A stretch of DNA of 62,942 bases, counting the filler, from Hausera hauseri (taxonomy: Eukaryota), in NCBI GenBank assembly GCA_046269625.1. It is 13 parts of 13 records of this genome, joined end to end, with 100 filler letters (N's around TTAATTAATTAA, not from the genome) between each part and the next. Parts side by side here need not be neighbours in the genome. Positions count along the whole stretch, not along the records: positions 1 to 6,740 come from JBJURY010070550.1; positions 6,841 to 11,085 come from JBJURY010679107.1; positions 11,186 to 16,880 come from JBJURY010204968.1; 10 more parts are not named here. The stretch is one strand, 5' to 3'. Position numbers and translations under genes: made by a program. Shown here in pieces: positions 1 to 11,395 of the stretch. Within the stretch, counting starts at the first letter, position 1. Each line of letters begins with the position of its first letter. Below the pieces are notes generated by a model, which searched no databases, was not told the origin of the DNA, and saw only the letters and a list, made by a program, of their open reading frames with translations.

Positions 1-129
1 TAACTTAAACTCTTAGGGTACAAGCAGACTATTCGAGAACGAATAGTCCTAACCTGCTTATAGAAGTATTAATTTCATGTGAAAATATTGTTATAGTGGG
101 AGACGGTAAGGACCACCCCAACTGTAACA
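1..129 (+). repeat. 3' part of the 5' LTR of a Gypsy-like gag/env element
   Basis: Ends in ...TGTAACA immediately before a PBS. 71-129 (aatttcatgtgaaaatattgttatagtgggagacggtaaggaccaccccaactgtaaca) aligns with the end of the LTR at about 23550-23614 (aatttcaagtgcaaatattgttatattgtgggagatgaataggggccacccccatatatataaca). Confidence 0.8.
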
Positions 130-131
130 TT

Positions 132-148
132 TGGCGACCCTAGCAAGA
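132..148 (+). promoter_or_regulatory. Primer-binding site, tRNA-Arg-like (TGGCGACCCTAGCAAGA)
   Basis: TGG-initiated motif 2 nt after the LTR end. It resembles the TGGCGACC... PBS complementary to the 3' end of tRNA-Arg used by mdg1/412-type Gypsy elements. Confidence 0.75.
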
Positions 149-512
149 CAGTTTGTACCTCGCTAGACATTACTTTCGAGAGTCAATTAACGACATACAG
201 GCGAATAGCGCCATATACATCAAATAATTGTTGAATAATACGAATAAGAGTGTAAACTTGGGATCACAAGTTGTTAGAAGGGAATTAAGTAAAGATTAAT
301 CCTAGAGTAAACATTGAGAGGTTTAACTCGTGTCAAAACTTATTAGTAAACGGTAAAGAGAAACTTAAAGGGAAACACGGAATAAACTCTATATTAAAGA
401 CAAGGTAATAGACAAACATTGTTTATCCGACACTGAACTAATCAAGCAAGTAATTACCTCCGTTAAAGAATTCAAAGTTCCTCCTAGAATTCATAAAGTA
501 TATAAACCGAAG

Positions 513-1565
513 ATGGCAGCAGATAACCCAGCTATAGCACAGAAACTTGATATTTATACGTTCGATTCCCTGAACCTACCGGCATATGACGGTGACCCGG
601 ATGAGTTAAATGACTTTTTAAGAACTTATAAATTGCACGCAGAAGGTGCCAGTCTTGCGCCCGAAGTTATGATTAAACGACTGTCATTATACTTGAAACG
701 TCTGGCTGCAGAAGCCTATAGTGAACTTACCAATGACGAGAAGAAATCATGGTCCTCCGTAGTAGGAGCCCTGAACCGTAAACTGTTGCCGACGGTGACG
801 CCACAGCAAACGCTTATGGCTTTCCAAAACAAAACACAACAGAAGGATGAATCGGTCACCCAATTTGCAATCGCACTAAAGAAGCTTGCTAATAGTTACG
901 TGAGTACACTAAGGATAGCTAATGCGGTAAAGACTAATACAGATGCGGAACGCGAAGCGGCAGAAAAAGCTAGCCCGCCAGATTTAGATGTCACGATGAC
1001 AACTCAATTAACAAACGGTATATGGTCCAGAGACTTAGTTAAGCAACTAATTTTAGCTCGACCAGACAATTTTGAGACTGCATTACAGTTAGCTCAGAAC
1101 TTAGAAATGGCACTAGATAGATACGCTAGACAGGTTGATAGATATAATAGAAGTAATGACCGTGATAACCGGGATAGAAACCGAAACAATAGAAGATTCA
1201 ACAGTAATAATAAGAGTCGAGGCTGTGAAAATAGAGCCCAAGTGCCATTAATCGTAACACACGATATGATAATAGGAGCTTTAATGATAATAGGAGCACA
1301 TATAGTTCTTACAACAAAACAGTTTATATGCCGGATAGGAATCAAGGTAATGACCGAAGCAATAAGAATCGATATATAGTTAATCGAAGTTTCGAAAATA
1401 GAAATAACGGAATCGATAAACAAGCTCAACCAACTCAAAACAAAATAACAGGCAAACCCAAATCACCAGTGAATGAAGACGGACGACAAAGGATCGGCCG
1501 AGACGGGAATTTAATTTCTTATTAATGCGGTAAGGAAGGACATATAGCTAGATCGTGCCCTAATC
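513..1565 (+). pseudogene. gag: Ty3/Gypsy-type Gag (capsid plus degenerate CCHC knuckle), frameshifted
   Basis: Capsid motifs YDGDPDELNDFLRTY, LSLYLKRLAAEAY and QQKDESVTQFAIALKKLA. R/N-rich nucleocapsid region. After a frameshift near 1220-1330, SY*CGKEGHIARSCP (about 1517-1561) is a damaged CX2CX4HX4C knuckle. Confidence 0.85.
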
Positions 1566-4500
1566 CACGAAGCGTATTATTCTCAGAGACCAGTAAAACT
1601 AGCACAATAAAGGATAATTTGGAAGGAATCTATGGAAAACGAGGTGATAAAAACATGATTATCGAGATGCAGGACTTACAAAGATATATAAGAAATATGG
1701 GCGAATCTAATAATCCACCAGTAATCAAGGCCAGGAAGGCGTATGAAGAAAAGTTGCAGTTAATGGAAATTTATCATGGGTTAAGAGAACCAAAAACGGA
1801 GTGCAAAAATGCTATAGCACCCAGGAATACTAATATGCCCAGGAAGAGAAACCTAAATCAAGTCGCGGCAGAAGAAAAGCCGATAACGTCTTCAAGTGTA
1901 GACTTGGACGCGGATACCGAGGTCGCATCTCGAAATAAGGACAAAACAACAGATGAGGTTGAGAGCAAATTCATTGGCCCACTAATACTCAAAATAATCA
2001 AAAATAGAGGTAGAAGCCCTTCGCTTAGGAGAAGGTCACGAACTCGTTCACGATCTCCTATTAAAAAGGATTTAGAAAAGGAGGAAGACTTCATCATCAC
2101 TTTAAGAGATGAAACGGAGTTAAATACTCCTGTTGTAATCCAAGGCGTTTCTGAAACAGCAAATATTTCGAATACCGATGAAATTAATGAAATATATCCA
2201 CTACCACTTAGTGAAGAGAAATCAGAAGAAGAAAAGTCTATTAAGTTTGGGAAGATTAGAAAATCTTGGAAAAATACAAACGAACTAACTGAAATAAGAG
2301 ACACGCTGAATGATCCCGGAAGGTTACATGAGAGTCTGCAAAAACTCCAGCAGATGAGCAAACAGTTGGATATCTCCGGAAAAGAACAACAATTCATAGA
2401 AAAGCTATATAGAAAGCTTAAAACCTGCCTTCCGAAAGAGGAAGAAAACACACCTCGCGAACTCCAAGAGACGCCGCAAGACTTGATAGGAAGTTGGAAA
2501 AATAAATTGGAACTGTGGACAAGGAGTGGGATCGATTTTACGAAGATATGGTTGAACAAAAAAGAGCCGTTTCTCGATCAGGTAAATCAAGCGCAAGGAC
2601 TATTAAATGCACTAAAGGATAACCCAAAACTGAAACGCGTGAGGCGTAACTTAGAAGGATTGATACACGAGATCGAAGATGCGATCATTTCTTATCTTCA
2701 TAATAAGCCAGTATACAAACTGACAAATGCCGACCTAGAGATATTGGGCATAGACCCTATCAATATTCCCTCTTTGATAGCAATATGCAGTCTGATAAAG
2801 CCTAGTCCTCGATAATACCCGGATTTAAAAATACACATCGAAAGAGAAAACGAAATACGAGCTAAAATCAACGACATAAAGATCGGTGTAGTTCACCCTG
2901 AAAACGTAGAAGCACAGAGGATAATACGTGCTTGTCTTCTCAAATTATATGAGTATAAAGAAGAATTCAACCACATGAAGCATATCATAGAATTTGTACG
3001 ATGATCAGATCACGAACTAAAAGAAGTTCTTGGGACATTAGACGAAATAATCTACGCCAAACCGGCAATATCTAAACAATTAAAGAGGTGGATAGACTTG
3101 TTACCTTCCATAGCATAGATAATAAATGAAAGGCTAAGAGAATTCGCTATTGTCGAAACTATAACGAGACACCAATAGGAAGGAATGTTACTGGATATCG
3201 GTACGATGAAATACGAAACGAAATTGCGAATTAAATTCGAATCATTCCGAGAATTTGAACTTATGAGCAAGGATCAGGATCAAACAACACTAACAGAGAT
3301 ATATAGTATTATAGAAGAGAAGGAATTCTACAGAAAAAGAAACAAGCAAAGTGATCTTCGGCGAAGTTTGGCAAACATCCGTTGGGAAAGGATATAAAAC
3401 CTAATGCAGAAACCACTGAAAGAAATCTCAGCACAGGAAATAGAAACATTAGAAGTATGTAATGATCACCGGATTGCTCTGTCACAAACGATACAATATT
3501 TGCAGAATTCAGCAGAATGGACACCAGGTTTCGACCTACATTGCCACACCGAACTAAAGGAAATTAGAAAGAATCCTCAATTGGAGTGCGATGAAGCCAA
3601 GTTCATAGGCAGATTAATAGACACAATAGATCCGGACGCCGAAGTATTAAATCAAATGAACAAATTAATCCTACTATTAATACAAATGGCAGAAATTGAC
3701 GAAGTAGTAGCTGGACGACTAATAAATCGAATACGTCTGGTAAAAGAAACCCAGTTACGCTCCAAGAAGAGACAGCGCGAGCTAAACGAATTATTGAGAG
3801 AAGCAGAAGTTTATAAGAACAAGTATTCTTTTACGGAATCTGAAATTAATGACAAAATGGAATTTATGCAAAGATGGTAAAGAGACAGAATCGCGGAAGT
3901 AACTAGCTATCAAGAGAAAGCCTTGATACAACCAGACGAAATGTGCCGGTTAATAAAAATGATACAACAAGCTTGCGGAAATGGAGATGGATTTAGGATA
4001 TCCATAATGAATACATTGCAACCACAGATAAGAGAACTACGCGAAAGAGTCCAGGTTGGCCACGCGGCAGTAATGAACTACGCGTTACCGGACACGGATA
4101 ATGATGCCGAGTAGGATGAATACCTCCAAGGTTTAAACGAGCAAAGTCCAAGAAATCCAATACAAATTTATGAGTCAACTTAGGGTACACAGAAGACGAA
4201 ATTCAATGTGCAAATGCTACTTGGTCCCACGCTAGCTGAAAAGGAACTGAGTAGTGTACTGAAAATAAACAAGTGAAGATAGATTAAGAAATTTGATTCT
4301 GACCTTGACCAAGCTATCCAATGGAAACACCGCATACAGCGCTGTACCCAAGCTCCTAAAAAGAGAATACGCCAAATTGTTGAAAAACAAACCAGAAACA
4401 GAAATTAAAGTGAAACTATCATCCGAATGGATGAGCGACGAGGAATTTGAGTGCACTACCTATACCGCCGTTGGGGATATAAAACAGAGGATAATGGATA

Positions 4501-5300
4501 AGGATGGTAGGAAAGGAGTTAATTACCGACTCTATTTCAGGAGCAGGATATTAGATAAGCTAGAATCCTTGCCAGACGTAGGGATTATACCTCTCGAATA
4601 AAATCGAATAATAGCAATAATCGTCGGTGAGCAAACTAAGGACAAAGCCATGAGAAAGGCACATAAAGAGCATTGTGTCGGAAGAATCATGGGTATTCAT
4701 GATGCCGCAATGTATTTCGAATACTTACAGACTGATGATGACAAACCGCAGTAGGATAGGAACTTAGTCCCTCTAAGCGAAACTTCCCCACCGATCAAAG
4801 CAAAACGACTGGTCCGAAGACCAAGAAAAATCAAAGAAATTAACTATAATGCAGACCTAATTAGGGAATTGAGACAACTATCGGTACCAAACCCGAGTTC
4901 AGATAACAAAGAACTAATTGAGCTAATAAAAGACCTAATTAGGATAGTTAATTATACTGGATTCCAAGGAGACATATTATCCGAGAAAGAAAGATTAATA
5001 CATAATATAGCTCGGACAATGAAGATTTCTCGATTCAGATTATCTAAAAGCACCCTCTCTGACGAAACAGTAATTGATAGAATTATGATAGACAATACGA
5101 TGGAAGAATTAAGGACAGTCTTGATATATTCAGCAGTAAGAACTAACCCACTCCAGGAAAACGAATTCGACAAGATAATCGGGTTAGCTAAAAAAGCTGC
5201 AAGAAAGGTACCTAAAGAAATAAAGTGAACTAAATTATTCGAAAAAGACAAAATTACAAAAGGGGCCAATAGTTAGAGGACATAATACGAAATATTTCCC
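1566..5300 (+). pseudogene. Long uncharacterised continuation of the Gag frame (RS-rich patch, helical/coiled-coil), broken by isolated stops
   Basis: ORFs at 1619, 3185, 3404 and 3923 share the frame of the zinc knuckle and are separated only by single stop codons. ORFs at 4293 and 4869 share the next frame. RGRSPSLRRRSRTRSRSP lies near 2005-2060. No protease, RT, RNase H or integrase motifs were seen. Confidence 0.65.
4401..4630 (+). pseudogene. Ubiquitin-like (beta-grasp) domain within the retroelement polyprotein
   Basis: EIKVKL...TAVGDIKQRIMDKDGRKGVNYRLYFRSRILDKLESLPDVGI...*NRIIAIIVG aligns by eye to ubiquitin QIFVKT...[41 protein letters not shown]...STLHLVL. Confidence 0.65.
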
Positions 5301-5319
5301 CGAACAAAGGAAACGAATC

Positions 5320-6172
5320 CAATTGGTTAATCAACTTGCTGACGATAATGATGCTAGTAAAGCAGATAGGAGCACTCACTATATACGACTGCGAAAAATT
5401 CAAGGTGGGTCAGAAATATTCCTTGATGGACTTAGAAACATGTAAAGATGCGAGACCTCATAAGCTCGAGACAGCAGAAAAAATACTATATCAACAGCGT
5501 GAATTAATCGCAATGGATGCGATGGAGTGAATGGTGCGGAGATCCCGCAGAGTATTTCATTGTGGTAATATGCACGGTTATTCTTCAATAATCAAACTAA
5601 CCACATCATTAATCCCAATGAACTTGGATATACAACATTGTTTAGGAGCCCGGATAACCGGTAAAATGGTTTGGGTCGGCATGGGGTTAGAAACCCAAGA
5701 AGGAAGTGGCAGTAGGAAAATTAAATATGCACACCGGTTATTGTGTCGGAGAAGAATATGACACTGGAACGGGAAAGGAAGGATGGATAGTAGTAGTAAA
5801 TTTTTACGAAACCGAGTTAAGATCCCTAAAAGCAATGTTTTATAGTGTTACCAAAGTATTCACCAAAAATCAAAAATGTCACATTCAAGATGGTGCTTAT
5901 ACGTTCCGAAATTCAGTTGTTGTATGGAGCCCACCCTCAAGGCAAGACGTAATAGAACATCTCACACCAAAGATATTGATATTGGATACACATGGGTTAA
6001 AGTTTATTAGAAAGGATATGTTAATATGCTGCGATGTAGTTATGTATGATACCAACTACAAAGCGTTTTTCGTAGGAGAAACAGAAATTGACATGACAAC
6101 GTACTATTTGAATACACAAGATGTGCGGATCGAGGCTTACCTCAAAATTCGAGACGATTATTTTTATTACAA
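5320..6172 (+). pseudogene. env: Env-like glycoprotein of the chuvirus (Jingchuvirales) G type, N-terminal part, truncated by an insertion
   Basis: Hydrophobic signal WLINLLTIMMLVKQIGA followed by IYDC...YSLMDLETC...ME*MVRRSRRVFHCGNMHGYSS (TGA at a Cys position), then GYCVGEEY...WIVVV, KCHIQDG..VVW and CCDVVMYDTNYKAFFV. This Cys/motif pattern matches chuvirus-like glycoproteins. Contains a frameshift and a stop. Confidence 0.72.
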
Positions 6173-6740
6173 AGGAAAATGGCGGTACTGCCCCATTCTC
6201 GGGAGGGGGCGGTAATGGATAAATCTATTTAGCACATGTGCCGATAGATAGTGCACATTGTGCACTATTTATCCAAAAGTGCACTTTTCACAAATCGATC
6301 GCTGTACAGTGTACTATTGATCAAATCGATCTGCACTTTGTCCTAATCGATAGTGCACATGAGTGCACATAAATTAGTGCAAGTGCAAGTGTGAAAAAAT
6401 CAATAATATGGGATTTTCGAAAAATCAAAAATGGATAATTAGCACTGTGGACCAAGTGCAATCGGTAGGGCACTTGATATTGTATGTGAATGTGCAGTTA
6501 GAATTTAAATCGATTGATTGGTTTTCAAATAATTCTCAAGTGGGGCAGAACCGCCATAGGCCTTTCCGCTATAAATTTTAAATCAATGATATCAAAATGG
6601 CACATGTACAGACGTGTGCAGTAGACGATGCACTTTCAATCAGTGCACAATTCAAGTGTGCTGTGATTATCGATCGGTGTGCAGGTGCACTTTTCACTTT
6701 ACACACTTTTGCAATTGTGCAGCGTAGGATTGATGGAATT
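6173..6740 (+). mobile_element. Terminal region of the AGTAG-type repeat (copy A), probable Polinton TIR or non-autonomous derivative
   Basis: Colinear with 48312-48950; shared blocks include aagtgtgaaaaaatcaataatat, ccataggcctttccgctataaa and tgtgcagcgt.ga.ttgatggaat. Rich in GTGCAC and ATCGAT. Interrupts the env frame. Confidence 0.75.
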
Positions 6741-6840
6741 NNNNNNNNNNNNNNNNNNNNNNNNNNNNNNNNNNNNNNNNNNNNTTAATTAATTAANNNN
6801 NNNNNNNNNNNNNNNNNNNNNNNNNNNNNNNNNNNNNNNN
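6741..6840. other. Artificial contig linker (N44-TTAATTAATTAA-N44), first of 12
   Basis: Identical 100-nt spacers with stop codons in all six frames at 6741-6840, 11086-11185, 16881-16980, 21060-21159, 25263-25362, 29339-29438, 33446-33545, 40267-40366, 45245-45344, 50270-50369, 54344-54443 and 58768-58867. Adjacency across linkers carries no biological meaning. Confidence 0.98.
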
Positions 6841-7606
6841 GTTCGTTCATTGTTTGAATTAACCGCCGTGGATAATACGCCTACAGACGAAACAATCAGA
6901 GCAACCCAGGACCATTTCGTCGCGGTCAGTAAAGATTCGTTCTGTAGAATACTACACAACAATAAAATGTATTTACCCGACAATTTGTATTCTGCAAAGT
7001 TTGTTTGGCTACGGTATCAAACACTGTCAGGTTTTCAACCACAGTATCTAGGGTCCTACAAGCTAATCCAACTACATTCTCACAACGCCGTAATTCTTAG
7101 AGACGGAAAGGAACTAGCAGTCCATATAAATAACGTGAAACCTGATTTTCTGTAGACGACACATCTCCAACCGAAACTTCGACAACTTCTCTCACTCCTG
7201 CATTTCCTTCAGTTTCTACCCCCGTTCCTACTCCATTTTCTCCTCCCGCCTTTTCACCCGTTTCTACTCTTCCCTCCAACACCTTAACTTTGGGAACCCC
7301 TTCCGACAATTTCAAACACCCACCTTCGGTGACTACTTTTCCTTCTCCTAGTTTGCTTCAGCAAAAAACTACACTTAATGCGACAGAATGTAACATCTTT
7401 CCTCCCAAAGCGTCTCAACAAATGGAGATAAAAATAAAGACATTTCACAAAACTGTCACTTTCAGCAAGTACAGTAAGGAGAGAAACATCGAAGGTATAC
7501 AATGTCTGGTTCATACCAAAACTGAATAGCCAAATCACACTGTCTATTTTGTGATTTCAGTTATTCCATACTTATCGTTTTCAACTTAGCCACGGGGGTG
7601 GGGTGA
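6841..7606 (+). mobile_element. Gypsy family B: integrase C-terminus, 3' UTR and polypurine tract
   Basis: FQPQYLGSYKLI...VHINNVKP is a GPY/F-type integrase tail. PPT GGGGGTGGGGTGA at 7594-7606 precedes TGTTG. Confidence 0.85.
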
Positions 7607-7980
7607 TGTTGTGCCCAACGAGATTGTGCTTCGTTGTTTATTTCTTTTCACTGTAAATACAATTTTTACTGTTGCTTGTTTTACATTTGCCGACGAATTG
7701 TTGCATTTTGGTGTTCTATCTCGTCGTGTCGGAATATTTCATCGAGACCACAACAATTTGGAACGTGGATTCTTGTTTGAGATTGGCCACTCAATGTTTC
7801 GACAAATTAACGATAATCGATAATTGGCGGTTCAAAGACAGGTCGACCGGTACGTCAATAAAAGTTTTGATCGAATATTCATCGTTGTTCTACCAAAATA
7901 AAATTATCCATCGAATACCTGGCCTATCATAGTTATACTCTTCCTCAGTATAAAAGCAATGCTTGGATTAAGGACGATGC
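7607..7980 (+). repeat. Gypsy family B LTR (right end uncertain)
   Basis: Starts TGTTGTGCC immediately after the PPT, the same start as at 45137. The 3' boundary and PBS were not resolved. Confidence 0.6.
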
Positions 7981-7990
7981 CTTCTTCTCA

Positions 7991-9460
7991 ATGACGGAAA
8001 TAATTAAAATTACGAGTTTACAACAATGGTGTCAGAGAATTTCCTACAAATTTGTCAGAACCAACATGCTTAACAGAAGAGCTTTTAGTGATATCGTTTT
8101 GGATCATGGGAATGGAATATCAACAACCAAAGAAATTACCAGAAATGACGAATTTATAAAATTTGGTCAGATGCTGAAAGTCAATATCATCATCAAAGGA
8201 GACGCACCTACCAGTAATATAACAGCCACTGTTTTGAAACGAGTGCCTTGGCAACCAAGAATATTCGCAAATGACTTACACAATTTCGTTCACTGCGGAG
8301 ATAGTTGGGGCGACAAACTGATTTTAAATACGGACAGAGGAACAATTTTATTGGAAGAAAATACCGCACCATTACTCATAATCGAAAAGTCATCAGAAAT
8401 TAAATAAATCGAAATAGTCGAAAGTTTAGGGGTCATGATTTGTTGATGTGAAAAAGGTCGCGACTCGAAAATCGCAATCATCCAGATTGCTGATTTAAAG
8501 AAATCGGAAAATTTGCCACTGGTTAAATCTGACATTAAAAAATTGGTTTTGGATAAAAGCAGAGGCTGCCATATGTTTGCCGTCAGTAAACCACACATTC
8601 AGCCAATGAGACTCGTTGTGGCCGTGAACAGACGATTCCGAATTTATGTGTTTAAATATGCTGCTTGCAGCAGTTCACTCTCGTCCTGGAACCAATTTAT
8701 GAATAGTGCTATCACGGGATCATTTCAATTCGTTAGCGAATTGCCAACATTCGAGGTGGCCCATGTGGTAACAATTCTCGAAATAGCAGTGACAGACGAG
8801 AACCGAGTGGTACACATCTGCATTAAACACAGAAACCAGTTTGACATGATCAATGAAAAAACTGGAGATACGATTCATCTGTACCGAACTGATTCGCCAA
8901 AATCAAACATGACTGCTGTCGTTGATCTCTGTTCGGAAGAAGAACCAGAATTGTTACTTTGCTACAATAGAACCTGCCATTTTCAGAAACTTTCAAAAGA
9001 CTCAATCACCCTCGAACAGAACAGCAACACTGAATTTGACTTCACGTGGAATTTCGAACCAAAAATATCGTTTTAGCATTGCCGTATAATTTTGCATTTA
9101 CACATAACGCCATTGAAATCAGATTGGTTGTTAATGGCAGTTTGGTCCATACAATGTCGGTACCCAATTGTCGTCTTATTACTTCAAAGAATGACTTATT
9201 TTTTGTACGACGGCTGACAATCTTTGCAAAGAATTGATTGAAAGACAAAAGTCTACGAATATATCTCTTGATCGGCTTTACAAAATGACAAGTCCGCCAC
9301 CGTCTCTTGAAATGCCGGAAGCTATCCATTCTCCAACTTGTCGAAACTCTTTACTAATTCAAGGGCAACATATTTACAAAATATCACTTTCATCACTGTC
9401 TGGTTGCAATATTCAATCATCGCCGAACAAACAGAGATGTACAGACCAACTCTTTTAGCT
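7991..9460 (+). pseudogene. GARNL3: Intronless, decayed GARNL3-like fragment (end of Rap-GAP region plus CNH domain)
   Basis: RRAFSD, EFIKFGQMLKVNIIIKGDAPTS, PWQP, CGDSWG, KSRGCHMFAV, CIKHRNQFDMINEKTGD, EEEPELLLCYNRTCHFQ and AIEIRLVVNGSLVHT match GARNL3 motifs. In-frame stops at 8405 and about 8445, frameshifts near 9065 and 9215, and no introns over about 1.4 kb. Confidence 0.8.
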
Positions 9461-9619
9461 TCCATGTTTTCGGAAATAATGCCAGATAATTCATTGTGCT
9501 CTTCATCCCAACAAGTAACAATTCGTGATTATGCAATCAACACGACTACTGCGGAGATAATTTGTGATTTAGTATCGAAAACCGTATCAGGTTATGTATC
9601 TGCATTCGGTAAAAAATGA

Positions 9620-11085
9620 CCGCCACATTTGTCGAATATTGACTCCTGAACTTGTAAACAAATTCGAAAAGCTAAGAGAATGTTTAAAAACTGTGGAAAT
9701 ATTAGCTTTTCCCAAGCACGATGCACATCTGATCCTCACTACAGACGCCTCCACCACCGCTGTGGGCGCCGTACTTCATCAAATCGATAAAGGTGAGAAC
9801 CAACCTTTGGAATTTTTCTTACGCAAGTTAACACCTCCCGAAACTAGATACTCCACCTTCGACCGAGAACTACTGGCGATAGTTCTTGCTTTAAAACATT
9901 TCTCACATTTACCAACTGCTCGGCGTTTCACCATACAGACCGATCACAAACCTTTAATCAACATTATGACGATGAAACATCCGTCATCTAGGCAGGAACG
10001 TCAGATCTCTTACTTGTCGACGTTTAATTTCGAGATCAAACATATTAATGGTGTAAATAACTTAGACATCTATTTCCTTTCAAGATCCGTTAGCTCCATC
10101 AATTTTAAACCTATATTCACAGAAGATCAGCTGCAAGAAAATCAACCACCTTTAGACATGCTTAAATCTTTCCGATTTTACAACATCATTGACGGCGTAG
10201 CTTTTGACACTTCCAAACCAGGTCATTCAGTAATAATTCTCGCACCACCTTTACAACGGCAAGCGTTTAACAGCGTACATTCACTACATCACCCTGGTGC
10301 TAAGACAACTTTTCGCCTAATTCACCAGCAGGTAATATGGCGGACAATGCGTTCCAATGTCCAAGCATGGGTTAAGGAGTGCGTGGCTTGCCAGAAATTT
10401 AAAATCACCGAACATCTAAAGCCACAACTATATCACTTTCCTTGCACATCACGTTTCGAGTCCGTACATATAGATATCGTCGGCTCTCTTCCTCTTGACA
10501 ACGGTCATCAATTTATTTTAACCATGATGGATCGCGCCTCACGTTGGCCAGAAGCTGTTCCTCTACGAAGCACTAACACGGACACAATAGCCGACGTTTT
10601 TATCCGCACTTGGATCATCAGGTTTAAATCTCCTAGATTTATTATTTCGGACCAAGGCCCCCAATTCGAGTCCAATCTAATCAAATCACTCGTTAATAGA
10701 TTGGGAATCCGTCATATACACACTACGCCTTATCATCCCCAATCGAACGGTCTTATTGAGAGATTCCACAGAACCCTGAAAACGTCGCTAAAATTCTCGC
10801 TAAATCCAACAGTAGTTGGACTGTTCTTCTTCCTCTGATTCTGATTGGTTGGCGGAACACGCCATCCACTTCCACAGGATGCTCACGTACCGAAGCTTTA
10901 TTTGGAGCACCTGTTCGTTCATTGTTTGAATTAACCGTGCTGAATAATACGCCTACAGACGAAACGATCAGAGCAGTGCAGGACCATTTCGTCGCGGTCA
11001 ATAAAGATTCGTTCTGTAGAATACTACACAACAATAAAATGTATTTACCCGACAATTTGTATTCCGCAAAGTTTGTTTGGCTACG
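9620..11085 (+). pseudogene. pol: Gypsy family B RNase H plus integrase
   Basis: LTTDASTTAVGAVL, YSTFDRELLA and TDHKPL (RNase H). HSLHHPG...CVACQ (HHCC). HIDIVG, ISDQGPQF and YHPQSNGLIERFHRTLK (DDE). Frameshift near 10800. Confidence 0.93.
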
Positions 11086-11185
11086 NNNNNNNNNNNNNNN
11101 NNNNNNNNNNNNNNNNNNNNNNNNNNNNNTTAATTAATTAANNNNNNNNNNNNNNNNNNNNNNNNNNNNNNNNNNNNNNNNNNNN

Positions 11186-11395
11186 ACGTATAATTTTCTG
11201 AATACGATATAAGTCGGGTTTCTCTGACAGTACCTGCAGTTCCTATTCGTATAATTTACCACGTATCTTCTCATTGTCTCCTCTACTAAAATGTACTTGA
11301 CGGGTAATTGTTTTGTGTTGATTGTTGAAATTCGAAACATCTCATCGTTCCAATTCTGATTGAAACTTTTTATAAATGGCGTTGTGCTCAGCCAT
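11186..11395 (-). pseudogene. Polinton-type integrase C-terminal fragment
   Basis: FIKSFNQNWNDEMFRISTINTKQLPVKY, homologous to 51745-51945 of the Polinton integrase in contig 11. Confidence 0.7.

Noticed and set aside
1094-5269. Minus-strand hydrophobic/Ser-rich ORFs (e.g. 1094-1438, 1858-2559, 4952-5269)
   Set aside because: These are antisense shadows of the A-rich plus-strand polyprotein.
1525-5530. Alternative genetic code or programmed readthrough explaining the in-frame stops
   Set aside because: All three stop types occur together with frameshifts, which fits neutral decay.
6785-6796. TTAATTAATTAA palindrome recurring 12 times at roughly 4-7 kb spacing
   Set aside because: It is always centred in N runs of the same length, so it is a synthetic six-frame-stop linker.
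7745-7845. PBS candidates for Gypsy family B (TGGAACG at about 7759, TGGCGGTTC at about 7825)
   Set aside because: Neither could be matched confidently to a tRNA 3' end, and the LTR end is undefined.
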